A DNA stretch of 64,000 nucleotides from Lama guanicoe. Taxonomy: Eukaryota. The number at the start of each line of letters is the position of its first letter. Within the stretch, counting starts at the first letter, position 1. The translations under genes were made by a program, and so were the position numbers. This document shows positions 44,901-57,369 of this stretch, one piece after another. A model generated the notes under the pieces. That model saw nothing but the letters and a program-made list of their open reading frames with translations. It was not told where the DNA came from and made no database searches. The stretch covers positions 2,851,374-2,915,373 of the forward strand of contig MU054220.1 in the NCBI GenBank assembly GCA_013239625.1. The letters run 5' to 3'.

Positions 44901-47900
44901 AAGAGGGATGCTGAGGAGGAGGAGCAAGAAAGGGGCACCTGGAAGAGACACTGGCATCCCCACCCTCCCCTGTCTAAAGGCCAAGGCCCCTCCAACCAGA
45001 GATTTTCTCTCAGGCTAGCCTGACTTGTACAATTCGGAGCCCCGTTCTAGTCCCAGCTCTGCCATTAACTCCTTGGCACCTTGGACAGATCCCCTGATTC
45101 TCCAATTCCCTCACCAGCTAATTGCCTCTCAGCTTCCCAAAGAGGTGAGGACTGACTGGCAAGAGTATGTGAAAGCCTTCTGGAGCTTGTCTAAGGCCCC
45201 ACAGTGTGCACCCCGAGCTAGTACTGCCTCAGGGTCCTGCTGTTGCAAGGACCACCCTCTCCAAGGCTCTGCTTTGTGCAAGTCCAGGGAGAGGGCAGAG
45301 TGGGAGTCTGGAACAAGTGTTATGACCTTAGAGAAGCCATTGTAGTCTAGAACAAGTGGCCTCTGCCTCCATCCCTTCCTGGCCTAGCCAGAGGGTGGAC
45401 GTTTGGGGTACAGGTACTATAAGGTTAGCCTCACTCCTTGGTTTCCTCTTGCCTGGCAAGAGTTAACAGACTCTCTAGGGGCAAAAGGAGGTCAACACAG
45501 AGGCATCACTGCAGCTCTCTTTTGCTAACCATTCTTTCAACACTATCTCTACTTGGGCCACTCGCCCTCCTGGGGACTGAGAGAAGCTCAGGGCTCTGCA
45601 ACCTAGCCTTGTGCTTTCCTTCTATCTCCTGGCTAGCAGGCCCCTTTTCCTATTCTGAAAAGACATCAGGGGATCCCAGTCTGACCCAGGCTCCCCAGAT
45701 GCTGGGGACGTCCTGGCAGGATTCATAACTTTGGGAGCCAACAGAGCCATCTGTCCCGACAAAACCATGGGGCCCAAAGCAGCAGCAATGAGGGATTAAC
45801 CTTCCAGAGGGACCTTTAGGATTGCAGGCCAGAGAGGGACTGTGAGGCTGTGTGGTGTGTATGGTGCAATGGTAGCCAAGGGAGTGCCTTGGCTCTTTTT
45901 TCCTGCCCCAAAGCACTGCAGATTCCACCAGACTCCACCCTGCTCTGCCTCAGGCCCTCTGCCAAGGCTGCTTTAGAAAGGATTTAGAATAGTCTGAGTC
46001 TTCCCTTAATCCTGGCCCTAATTGCTGCTGTCCTAGACCTCAAGACTTCCTGCCCTCTCCCTTCTTGTGGCAGCTGAAGAAGCTGCCTCCTGCCTTAAAA
46101 ATACAAGACAGTACAATACAATTAAAAATCTGAGAACTCAAAATATGCCAACCATTGTACTGGATGTTTCCTACATGTTATTTCATTTAGTAAGGGCGCC
46201 ACACAGACTGAAAGCCCCTCTAGACACAAGGATGCCCTCACTCCTGTCCCTATTCATCCTGCCAACCCACTCAGGGGCTCCTGAGAGCCCATCCTTACCC
46301 GTAAGGACAGAGTGTCTTTGCACTGCAGGCTGATGCCACACTCATCGGTGATCTCAGAGAGGTCTTCATCTTCAAACTCTTCCAGGCTGATGTCATGGGT
46401 GAGCCTGATGGGGACAGGAAGCCAAAGTTACCATTCAGGGAACTGCTGGCAGTGGGCTGAGGCCCCCTGATGCCTTCCTAGTACCTCTTTGAGGGGGCAG
46501 CCCCTCGAAGGCAGCCCCCAGAGAATGGGACCTGGTGCAAGGGGAACCCACCAGGCAGTGAAAGAGTGCTGGGCTGGGGTCAAAAGCCAGGCTGCCTGGG
46601 ATGGCAGTGGAAGGGGAGGCTCTGGGTTATTCCAGCTCTTCCCAGCTGGGAGTTGTCCATCCTGCTGCCAACCAGGGGGCCTGCCTAGAAGGCCCAGCTG
46701 GTCAGAGCCTTAGCTCTGCCAGAGGAATGGCTCCCAGGGTCAAGACAGATGCCAAGGCCAGGTCACCCATGGAGGAGGCAGAGAGTTGTGAAGAGACTCC
46801 AACAGATGCCTGGAGTGGGGCCTCCCTGTGCAGTCCCTGCAGGGACAAAACCCAAGGTGCTGGCAGAGGCCCCGCCCCAGCCTCAGAGGAACACTCCATG
46901 TCCCCAGCCCAGGAAGCCTCCCGCCTCATGAGCCCTGGGAGCAAGTAAAGGAGAATCTGGTGTCAAAGGAGTTTCAGCCTGTCTAGGAGAGACAGTGCCT
47001 CCATCCTATGTTCTTGGTCTCATCAATTCGAACACAGAATCCTCTTGCCCAGCATATGGACCCTGAACAGGAGGCTGCACGGCTTGGGTCAGGGAAGGCT
47101 GGAAGTGTGCTGAGGTTAGGAGCCAGACCAAAGCACTTCAGTATCAAACTCTATCTGGTTATAGAAAACCTTTTCCTCCCAAGTCAGCCCTGCCCCAGCC
47201 ACTGCAGTGCCTGCTGGTCTCCTCACCTGCTCAGCCCCAGCCCCCAGTACCCTGCCTGATTTGGTATGGGTGGGACATTTGGGAGAATTCTGAGTCTTTT
47301 CCTCAATAAGATTAGGAGATTGAGGTATAGAGCAAAGGAGACCCACTAGTCCAAGGTCACACAGTAGAGGTGACCTAGGAGGCCCACATCTCCAGGCTCT
47401 CACCTCAACCAGACCAGAGACCCAGAGCTCAATGGAGCTGCCCCAGAACTCCCCCACTCCCCCACTGGTCCCCACACCCCTACCAGTGCTCCCACTGATC
47501 CTCCAACCAGCTGTCATTGTCTGGGCTCGAATCCATCTTCAGCACCAGCTGCATGGAGAGCCCTGCCCAGCTCGGGGGCTGCACGGCCCCAGGGCCACCG
47601 GCTCATGCCCAGAAGGGTGGGGGGGCCAGGGCTTGGGGCAGGGCTGGGGCCTCGGGCCTCCACCGCCTGGGCCTGCCTTTCTGCGTCCTGCCCACTGCAG
47701 AAGCCTGGGGAGCTCATTAAAAATAGATGGGAGAGAAGGCAGCGGCTGCCGACCCGGGCCCCAGCCCCAGCTCTTCCCGGCCAGCCCTCAGCTGCAGGCA
47801 GCTTCCTCCCCGGGCCCTTTGCGCTGCCGCTGCCGACGCCGCCTCCCTCGCGGGATCAGGTTACCGCAATCAATGCCACCGGCTCCACCTGCCCTTCCAA

Positions 47901-50900
47901 TGCCCCTGTTGGGGGCTGGGGTGGCCCCCCTCCCTGGCCCAGGCTTGTAAACAGATGGCAGAAATCTGGGATGTTTGCCCCCCAAAGCCAGACCCGATCT
48001 GTTTTAAAGGGCCAGCACCACAATTAGGGTTCCTGGTGGTGAGATGGGGGGGCTTCCGGAATTCTCCACAAATGGATGCCCCACCCACACAGCTACTCCC
48101 TCAGCCCCTACACCTCATCAGGGAGGCTTCCGTGGGCCCAGGTGGCCTCCAGACAGTGCTGACTTGGGTGGGTCTGGGCTGCCTCTAGTGCCCACCTGGG
48201 TGCAGACAGAACCCTGCCCCTGTGCCTTTCACAGGGCTCCATCCTTCAGCACCCACCCAGGGTTAAGGGCAGACTATGTGCAGAGCGCTCGGCGCAGGGT
48301 GGGAAGGGCCGCCTGGGAGGTAAACCTCCTGCCACTTCGGGATGGCAAAAGCAGAAACTGGAAGGCCCCCACAGTGAGGGATTCTGCCCAGGGTGAGGGG
48401 CTGGATGGACAAGGTGCTCTTTAAGGCCTCTTCTGACCTGGACCCCAAGGGTGGTAGGGTCCCAGGGCTGGGGGAGGGCATGGTGTGGAAGTAGGGATAG
48501 GCTGGGGAGGACAGCTCTGCCCAGAAGCCAGAGTATTCCTGCTCAGTCTGGCTGGTGCAGGACAGCATCTTTGGGATCTTGGGATCTTTGGGACAGCATA
48601 CTTTCCTGGGATGGGAAACCAGTGGCGGACACCAAGCAAATGGTCAGTACACACTGGCTTCCTGGACAGTCACAGAGAAGGTACCCTGGGACTCAGCTAG
48701 CATCAGGCAGCTGCAGGACACTGGGTGTCTGACCGAGAGGTGCCTTCAAACATCTCCTGCTCTGCCGGTGACCCCTGCACACATCTGTGTCTCCTCTGCC
48801 TCACTGTCCAGCCCTGGTCTAGCTTCTGCCCCTACAGTCCCAGACCTCCCCTCTGGCCTGCCTGCCTGTCTCCCCAAGCCCACACCACTCCACGCCACCA
48901 CTATCAGGCAGAGCTGCCGAAAAGACAACCCTTCTGCCCCCCCACCCAAAACCTCCAAGGTTCCTTGCTAGTGGCCAACTCATTGATCTGGCATTCAAGG
49001 TCTGCAGCTCTGTGTGACTGCCTGGCTCTGCCATCCGCCTTGCCACTGTCTAACCCAGTGCTTGGATGGAGCACATGGCAGGCTCTCAACCTCTGCTGGC
49101 TGGTAGAAGGCCCAGTTAAGCCTGCTCCTCCAGGAAGCCCGCCTGGCCTCTTGTGCTAGTGCCTTACAGCCCTCTAGGCAACACTCATGGGTCACCTATC
49201 TTTCCCCTCACTTGTGGCTGGTGTCACCATCCGCGTGGATGCCAGGCAGTGTGGTGAGGCAGACAGGATGAGGCTTGCATCAGACAGCACACCTCCCACC
49301 CCATACCAAGCAGCTCCAAACTTAGATGGAGCTCATACACCCTCTCCCTGCCCTGCACCTAGCAGGTGATAAATAAAGGTCCCCTCCCTCCCAGCATGGT
49401 CTGGAGGGCAGAGCTGGTGAGGTCACCTTGCATACACTAGGCACTCAGTGCATGCCCACTGGATGTCTGTCAAGGACAGTCTCAGCCTCCACCAGGAATT
49501 CTCAAACCCAAGTGTTCGAGGAAGTCCTGGGCTGGAGCTGCTCAGCTCACCTCTACACCCTCAGCATCACCCGATATTCTCGCTTCCCAGACAGCAGGTC
49601 TGGGGGCAGGCAGGGACAGAGTATCAGCCTCTACAGAGGAGGGTGTGAGGTTAGCTGAGGGCAATGGTGGAAAAGAACGCTGGGCTGGGGCTCAAAGCCT
49701 GCACTTGATCGCTGGCTCTTTAATTTTGCTGTTTTCTCATAAGCCAGACAAGATGGTAGAATGGCCACCACATCAGGTTTGGAGGTGAGAAGCCTGAGAT
49801 AAAATCGTCACTCCTTCACTGATGAGTGGCCACTTCGTCTCCTGAGCGGCTGCTGGGCCAGGGATACAAACCTTCTTTATGCTCTACATCTCCCTTTATC
49901 CTTACTCCAGCCTTGGAAGATGGTTTTATTCTGCCCATTTTACAGATAAGGAATACTAAGGCTGAGTCATTGGATGCCAAAGGTCTTGGGTTTCCCCACA
50001 TATAAAATCAGGTCACCCATAACTGCCCACCCACTACCTGCCCACCCACCTCAAGGATGCTGGGAATGATTAACCAAGGGGACTGTTTGTGAACTGTAAG
50101 GGTGCTGTGAGGAGGTCATGACCAAGGATCAAGGGGACGAACTGGTCACAGAATTCCCTTTGCACCCTGCCCCTGCCCTTTCTTCCCACTGCTCCAGGCA
50201 CCAGATGATCAGGATCTCTCAGCTGAATCCCCGGGAGCCCTGTTGTGGGGGGAAAGCTAAACAGACCCTTGGTCCCTCCAAGTTCAAGGAAGGCAACTGT
50301 TGAGGAGGAAGAAGGAAAAGATGGAGGGGAGGAGGGAGGAAGGAGGCGGAGAAGGAAGGAAAGAAGGAAGAAAGGAAAGAAGGAAGGAAGGAAGGGAGCA
50401 GGTTCCCTCCTGAAGTCACCAATCCACTTTCCCCATGGAAACCTGAGCCTGAGCACCAGCAGGCCACCTCATGCTCAATCACACGACCCTCCGCAGGTCA
50501 GGTCAGCAGCCCTCGCCTCTAGATCCTGAGCCCCAGCAGCTTCCCCATGGAGACGCCCACCGCTGATCCTTCAGACCTGCTTGCCCATTCAGTGAGATGG
50601 TTCCTGAGGTCTCATCTATGTTAACATTTGGTGACTCCATGTCGTGGGTTTGGTCTCTCCAGACCTCCCTGACCTTTGGAGTCTATCTTTATATTCCAGG
50701 CCCTTTCTTCTATGTTAACCTCATCCCCGCCCACTCCAGTGCCCCAGTCCTTTCTCCTGGCCAAGCCGGGTCCTCACCACATTCAGAACATGCCATCCTC
50801 CTGGCTCCCACTTCCCGAGCAGAGCTCTCCTGAATGGACAGACAAGCATCTGTGTTCTGATGTTTAGGTCACGGCCCTTTCCCTTGCCCTGTGCTGTCCC

Positions 50901-53900
50901 ATCTCCCTGTTAGCCTCGTTCCAACCTTTCTAATTTGCTGTTTCAGCCCAGTAGTGGGCTGAGTTAGAAGTGCATGCGGAGTAAGGGTCACGTGGGAAAG
51001 TGCCGAGGCTTCTGCTGAGCAAGGCCAAATCTGAGCCAGGCATCTGGCTGCCCAGAGGCTATTCCTGTCTTCCTGCTCCTGGTTCTCCTGGAGTGAGATC
51101 AGGATGCCAGCTGAATGACCCTGGGTCCTGGCCATGGTGTCCCATGGCCCCTCTCGTGATCGAGGCACCTGCCACCGCTGTTTAAGTGCCGAGCAGAGCT
51201 GCCCAGGGGCTCTCGCGACTCGCCTGCTCTAGTCTAAGCAGACTCCCCACTTCCCTCGGGCTCCCCTACAGGCCACCAAAACTCACATCTGAAATGCATA
51301 TCTGGTCTTGTCACCCCTCCCCAGCTCAGAATCCTAACAGCTTCCCAGCCCTTAGGGAAAGTGGCCAAAATTCTCACCTGTGGTCTGAAGGCTCAGCAGA
51401 GCCTCCCCTCCCCTCTGGCCTGTGTCATTGTCCCCCACCTCCCACCCTTCCTCTCTCTAGGCTCCTGCCCTGCTGGCTCCCTTAACAAAGTCTTCTCTGA
51501 TCTCCAGGATTAAGCCAAACAGCCCTGCTACTGGCTGAGTTCCTCTCGCTGGTAGGCCTGGATCTCTGTAATTTTATTTTTGGGCTTGGGGACCAGGGGT
51601 GGGCTGGCTGCCCTTAGAGGCCATCGGTCTGTGAGGGCAGGATTGTGTCTTGACCAACAAGGTGTGATGCCCAATACGACAGGTACTGAATAAACGCTGT
51701 TGAAGAATAAGCCACTGCTGTCCCCAAATCTTTCTAGATCTTCCCCTTGGAAATCTCAGTTCCCTTTTCAAGTCAACTTCCTGTGTCCAACCCCCTCCCC
51801 AAACCCCGTGCCCACATCAGAATCTGGGATAGGATGTGGAGGCCTCTGGGAAGGTGGAGTAGGGGCCAGCCAGGCCCAGCCTCATCCTCAGAGCCTCTCT
51901 CCATCCCACCCCCAGCTCTGGGTGGACCCTGGGGTCAGGCTGGGTTTGCTCTCTGGTCTGGAATTCCCTTCTCAACCATGTCCACACTGGGTTCATCTTC
52001 ACTGAAAACCCAACCTAAGAAACAAGCCCCAGGAGATTCCCCTGCTTGGGGTTACAATGCATCTGATCCGTTTAAACACCTCAGTGCTGATATGGAGCAA
52101 GAACTCTGGGATCTGGTGATGCGACTTTTGGGAAACTACCCCCCAAAAAACAATCTCACCCCTGGAAAAACCTTTAGACACAAAGATGTGTGTCCTTGTA
52201 ACAGCAAACAACAGAAAACAACTGCAGAGCCCAGCGTCAGGGGCCCTTGCGGATGGAGGGAGAATCACACAGCCTTTGGGATGAACATTATAAGGTCTGT
52301 GTATTAATGTGAAAAATGGCAACTAATACAATGAGCAGAAGACAGAATGTATGACCCTATGGCTCCACATGACGAATCACACCCAGGAAGAAACACCGAA
52401 AGGAGCACGGCTGTGAGACGTGGTAGGGGATCCAGGCATCTTCTGTCCTCTGCTCCCCCGGGCAGACCTTCGGCACTGGGTCAACATCATCCCCGCAGCC
52501 ACCTCCCAGGCCTAGTTCTGGGCTGGCCTGCCCCTCATGGAGCTGGGTTTCCTGAGGGCAGGCTCTGACTCCCCACCCACACTCAACTCCACGTATAAAG
52601 CCCACAGGCACGAAATAAATGCCTATTAGAGGAAGTGCTGGTTGACCCAGGCCCTGGGAGCTCCGCGAGTGCCCTGCATGCGTTTCTGGTGCTGAGTGAG
52701 GCCAGGCCCACCGCCAACACTCCTAGGGATTTTCTGAATGATTCCAAGAGCTGGGCCTGGGGACAAAGATGGTGCCCCAGGAGGGCAGGGGCTCCTGGAT
52801 TGGGGATGGGGCCAGGGACCCAATCTGTGGGATCCACTGGGGCCCCAAGGATCCAGAGACCAACTTCAGGGCTCTGACATCCAAGAACTGGTGTTGAAAT
52901 CCTGCCTTGGCCCCACTGGGTTGTGTGAGGCAAGTCCATGTTTGGTCTGCACACTGCCAGTCCACTGGGGCTGGCTGGGAGTGCTGCTCTGGGGCTGGGG
53001 CTGGGGCTGGGGCAGGGCAACTTGCATGACAGCTTTCCAGCCCTTTTCCCCTCACCAGAATGCTGGCCTCACCCTTCACTCTGTGTCCCTGAGTATGACG
53101 TTCCTGGAGGCATCAGGAATCATTGCTCATTTTCTCAGCTGAGGCTCCCAGGGTCTTTGGCCCCTGCCCCATCCTCTCCTCTGAGCTCTGGACCCAAAAC
53201 CAGTTGCCCACTTGAACCCTCCAACTGGGCCCCCAGTGATCACCAACCTCCAGTTCAGCAGGTCTCCAAGTGACTCCACCACTCCACCCACCCAAGCTCT
53301 CACCACCCATAGGGCACCCCCTCCCCAGGTGCCCAGCCCCATCCCGGACTCCTGTCTCTCCTCTCCCCTCATACCAGATCCTCAAAAGTGGGCTAATCTA
53401 CCCTCTTAATCCCCTTCATATCCTCCCCATTCCTCCTTCTTACCCGCAGGATGGCCAGTCTCCCAGGGGTCTCCCTGCCTCCCTGTCCACTCGCTACCCA
53501 GCCGCCCAAGACACCTGCCTGATGCCCCCAGACCCCTGCTGGCTCCCCCTGCTTGCAGGTGGCCAGGCCAGGGTCCCAGCATGGACTCTGAGCTCCTGCA
53601 GTCCCCGCTCTCCATAACTGTGCCAGCCTGGGCATCACACCCTTGCCTCCAGCCCTCCGCTCAGTCCGCTCCCTCCCTCCTCACTCCTCTTCCTCTTGGG
53701 TGACACTCACTCGCCTGCCAGCCCTGAGCTGAGCTGACCCTTCCCACCGTCACTGAGCCTGGGCTTCTCCAGGCCCTGACCTGAGTCACCAGCACACCTA
53801 CCACCTGTCTGGTAAGGCCTTGTCTGTCTGTCTGTCGGACTCCCTTCTACACTGCCACCTGCACAACAGCCAGGCCCATGTCTGGGCCTCTGGAGTGTCT

Positions 53901-56900
53901 CTCACTCAGTGAGCCTGGCAATGCGTAAATACTTGTTGAGTGAATGAAGGAAACGCCAAGTGTACAGAACCTTGTGAAGAGATAAGTAAGGAGGTCTCTT
54001 GGCTGTTGGTGGCCTCATCTCTCATCCCCCAGGCAGCATGGGGGTAAGAATACCACCACCATCCAAGGAGTCCTGAGTCCTGGGTGCTGGCCCAGCTCTG
54101 CAGTAACTTGCCATGTGTTCTTGGGAAGACACACACCCTCTCTGGACTCCTCATAAGTAAAAGGGGGAGGGGATGGATGAGCAGATTTCTAAGGCTCAAT
54201 GATTTAAAAAAAAAAAGCCCTATGTGGAATGGCCATCATTAAAAAGTCCACAAACAATAAATGCTGGAGAGGGTGGGGAGAAAAGGGAACCCTCCTACAC
54301 TGGTGGAGGGAATGTGAATTGGTGCAGCCACTATGGAGGTTCCTTAAAAAAACTAAAAATAGAGTTACTATATGATCCAGTAATCCCACTCCTGGGCATA
54401 TATCTGGAGAAAAATGTAATTTGAAAAGACACATGCACCCCAATAGTCACAGCAGCGCTATTTACAACAGCCCAGACATGGAAGCAACCTAAGTGTCCAT
54501 CGATAGATGACTGGATAAAGAAGATACGGTATGTATACACAATGGAATACTACTCGGCTATAAAAAAGAATAAAACCATGCCATTCGCAGCAACATGGAT
54601 GGACCTAGAGATTACCATACTAAGTGAAGTAAGTCAAAGACAATACCATATGATATCACTTACATGTGGAATCTAAAAAAATGATATAAGTGAACTAATT
54701 TACAAAACAGAAAGAGATTCACAGACATAGAAAGCAAACTTCTGGTTACCAAAGAGGAAGAGCAGGGAGGGATAAATTAGGAGTTTGGGATTAGCAGATA
54801 CAAAGTACTATATGTAAATTAGATAAGCAACAAGGCACAGGGAACTACATTCAATGTCTTCTGATCCGTAGTCATACCCGTTATCCATTGCACCACTGGC
54901 CCCGTACTTACATTCAGTATCTTGTAATAATCTATAATGATAAATATATATATGTGTGTATGTGTGTATATATATATGTGTGTGTGTGTGTATATATGTG
55001 TGTGTGCTGTACACTGGAAACTAACACAACATTGTAAATCAACTATTCATTAGAGAAAAAAGAGAAACCAGTTCTGTGTGAAACCAGCTCTTGAAACATT
55101 CAACATGTGTTGTCTCTTCCAAGTCTTAAGACCAGCCTCACAAAGAAGAAACAGAGACTCGGCGGCTCAGCCCCCACTCTCGGGGAGCACAGCTAAGAGG
55201 GCCAAGCCAGTACTCAAACTCAGGCCAGCTGGGTCCATGACTCCTCTGGAGGCACAAGAGAGCAGTGCCCACCCAGGGTTAAACAGAGTCAAGCTAAGAA
55301 CTCTGAGAGGCGGGACAGGGAAAGGGCAGTGGGGGCGGCTGGAGCAGGCAGGGCAGGCCCTCAGGGGCCGGAGACACTGCTCTTATTATTCCCACATGCA
55401 GGCCTCCTGTCTACAGCCAGGCCATGGTGTCCTGGAGGGCCAGCCCACGCCTCAACCTGGGCACACTACCACCCTCGCCCACTGGGCCCAGAACTGGACA
55501 CATTCACTGGCTCGCCCACCTCAGCTCCTGTCAAGAAGGGGTCTATGATAACCAGGGTGGGATGGAAAGCATCATCACCAAGGGGTGGGGAAGCAGGTGG
55601 GGGAGGCCAAGCTGTCCTGTGGGCAGAGGCAGGGCCTGGAGGTAGAGTGGAAGGAACACGCAGACCCAGGCTGCAGTGTGACCTCCCGGTCTGACTCCCT
55701 CAGGGTCCGTGGGCAAGCCACCCCGCCTTCCTGAACCTCAGTCTCCTCATCTATAAAATGGGCACATCGACGCCGATGCCCAGGGTGGCTGTGAGGGTTA
55801 CATGAGGCAGCACAGGGAAAATGCTTTGAGCATAACGAGCTGAATAAACACCCACTGGTGTGGAGGGCTGCCACTTGTTGAGCCCTGACTTGATGCACAG
55901 TAAGGAATCAATATTAATTAGCTCACCTGACAGATGAGACTCAGAAAGACAAAGAGCTGCCCAGGTCACACAGCTAGAAAGTGGTGGAACTGGGACTTGA
56001 ACCCAGGTCAGTCTAAGTTTGATGCTCTTCCACAGCAGAGGGGCCTCCCAGAAAGAAGGCAGCATTTGCGTGCCGCAAGCATGTGTTGTGTCCGGTGGAG
56101 TCCGTCTCAGACCTCAGCCCGTTACTCTGAGACACTAACCACAAAGGCCCCGGCCCTTGAGCCTTCAGGCTTTGCCTCCATCTGGTCCCCTCCCTCTGGT
56201 CTTTCCAGCTCAGCTCAGGACCCTGGGGGAAGTTTCCAGTTCTGATGATGCCATTAGAGATCCCCAGGGGTCCTTGCCCACCTGGGTAGCCAGCAACCCC
56301 TTGGCCAGAAGAGGGGCTGGCGCCAGAGCACAGCTGGGGCCTGGCTGGGGTGAGGGCCCCAGGAGAGGAGAAAGCGCCAGCTCATTAGATGGGAGAAACA
56401 ATGGGGAATGTCTAGGCCTCTTTCTCCCAGGCCCTGGGGCAGTAACACCCTCCTCTTCTTCAACTGGGGCCAGAATTATGAGGGATATTCATCCCTTCCC
56501 CCACCAACACTCGCTGCCACTTCTTTGAAATCCCCCTCCCAACTGCCTAACACCAGATAGGGGGCAGGGAGAGGGGTGAAGGGGAACCCTCGGATTAGGG
56601 TCCCTACCCCAGCAGGGACCACCTCCCCACCACCTCGCACTCCAGGGCTCTCCAAACCAGACTCCCTCTCCCACAGCCAAGCCTACGATCTCGTGGTTGA
56701 AGCTAAGCCTTCTGCACCTGCGCACACCTGACCAGGTCAGTGCTTTCCCAAATCCACAGAGGTCCTGGCCATGCCAGGCCTGGGAGTTAGGCCCCTGTGG
56801 CCAGGCAGAGCTGAGGAGGGGCCTACGACTCCTTTTAGTACCCAGATTGTCGGTTGCCCCAAGAAACTGGGACCCGTGGGGCACCCCAGGCTGCTCCTAT

Positions 56901-57369
56901 GTCTACTCAGAAGCCTTCTGACTGGGCACAGGCAAAGCTCCAGAATTCCTGCTTCCTCCGAGATCTCAACACAGACCCCAGGCCCCGCCGCAGCCCCAAA
57001 GTCAGGCAGAAGGTGGCCTCCGAGCCCCCTCCTCCAATTCCAGCTCAGAATCTGCCTAGGACATGGAATGGCGGAGGCAGCAGTACTGATGTGCAGCGGC
57101 CATCAGTCCGGACTTAGGCTGAGGGGGTTCTGAGGGCTCCGTCTCGGGAATAGATCCCACCCCCACGCCGCCCTCTAGTTCCGGATCTGGTTGTATACTG
57201 GGGCCGGGGGGAGTCCGGGCAGATCTATCTGGGCTGAAGGGCGAGGCGCGGCGGCCGGGAATTCTCACCTGAAATTGGGCGGCGACGCGATGTGCAGCCC
57301 CAGGAACGGGGAGGCGGCAGGCGGGGACGCGGCCCCCCCGCCCAGGCCGCCGCTCTCTCGCTCCGCCAT
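38943..57369 (-). CDS. MAPK8IP1: JNK-interacting protein 1 (JIP1/IB1), 713 aa. Exons (minus strand): 57369-57269, 46404-46299, 44386-44066, 42475-42394, 42097-41285, 41106-41031, 40489-40317, 40100-39991, 39885-39769, 39674-39604, 39477-39379, 39015-38943(TAA)
   Basis: [44 protein letters not shown]...; JNK-docking motif [11 protein letters not shown] (44119-44087); SH3 ([17 protein letters not shown]...); PID domain; kinesin light chain-binding tail [11 protein letters not shown]; 12 exons sum to 2142 nt. Confidence 0.97.
43950..44610. promoter_or_regulatory. Intragenic CpG island over MAPK8IP1 exon 3
   Basis: Very high GC and CpG density with GC boxes (ggggcggggc). Confidence 0.7.
47484..47554 (-). 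CDS. MAPK8IP1: MAPK8IP1 alternative first coding exon, [23 protein letters not shown](W), splicing to exon 2
   Basis: ATG at 47554; 71 nt ending TG|gtaggg in phase 2, the same phase as canonical exon 1; joins exon 2 to give ...[15 protein letters not shown], matching a recalled rodent JIP1 N-terminal variant; CpG-rich patch at ~47740-47890 upstream. Confidence 0.85.
50302..50398 (+). repeat. GA-rich polypurine low-complexity / (GGAA)n-like repeat
   Basis: About 95 nt almost entirely G and A. Confidence 0.85.
54227..55045 (+). mobile_element. 5'-truncated L1 (ORF2 C-terminus remnant and 3'UTR) with an internal (TA/TG)n microsatellite at ~54942-55006
   Basis: gaatggccatcattaaaaagtccacaaacaataaatgctggagag..., [18 protein letters not shown] ORF2 remnant, and a typical 3'UTR ending tgtacactggaaactaacacaacattgtaaatcaacta. 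Confidence 0.92.
54857..54902 (-). pseudogene. 3'-truncated (tailless) tRNA-Arg(ACG) retropseudogene inserted in the L1
   Basis: Minus strand GGGCCAGTGGTGCAATGGATAACGGGTATGACTACGGATCAGAAGA matches the 5' ~46 nt of tRNA-Arg-ACG (recalled) with 3 mismatches; flanked by a 15-bp duplication at 54846-54860 and 54909-54923. Confidence 0.88.
55675..56030. mobile_element. Two oppositely oriented MIR fragments (approximate)
   Basis: ctcagtctcctcatctataaaatggg (plus) and acagatgagactcagaaag...cccaggtcacacagctagaaagtggtggaactgggacttgaaccc (minus). Confidence 0.65.
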
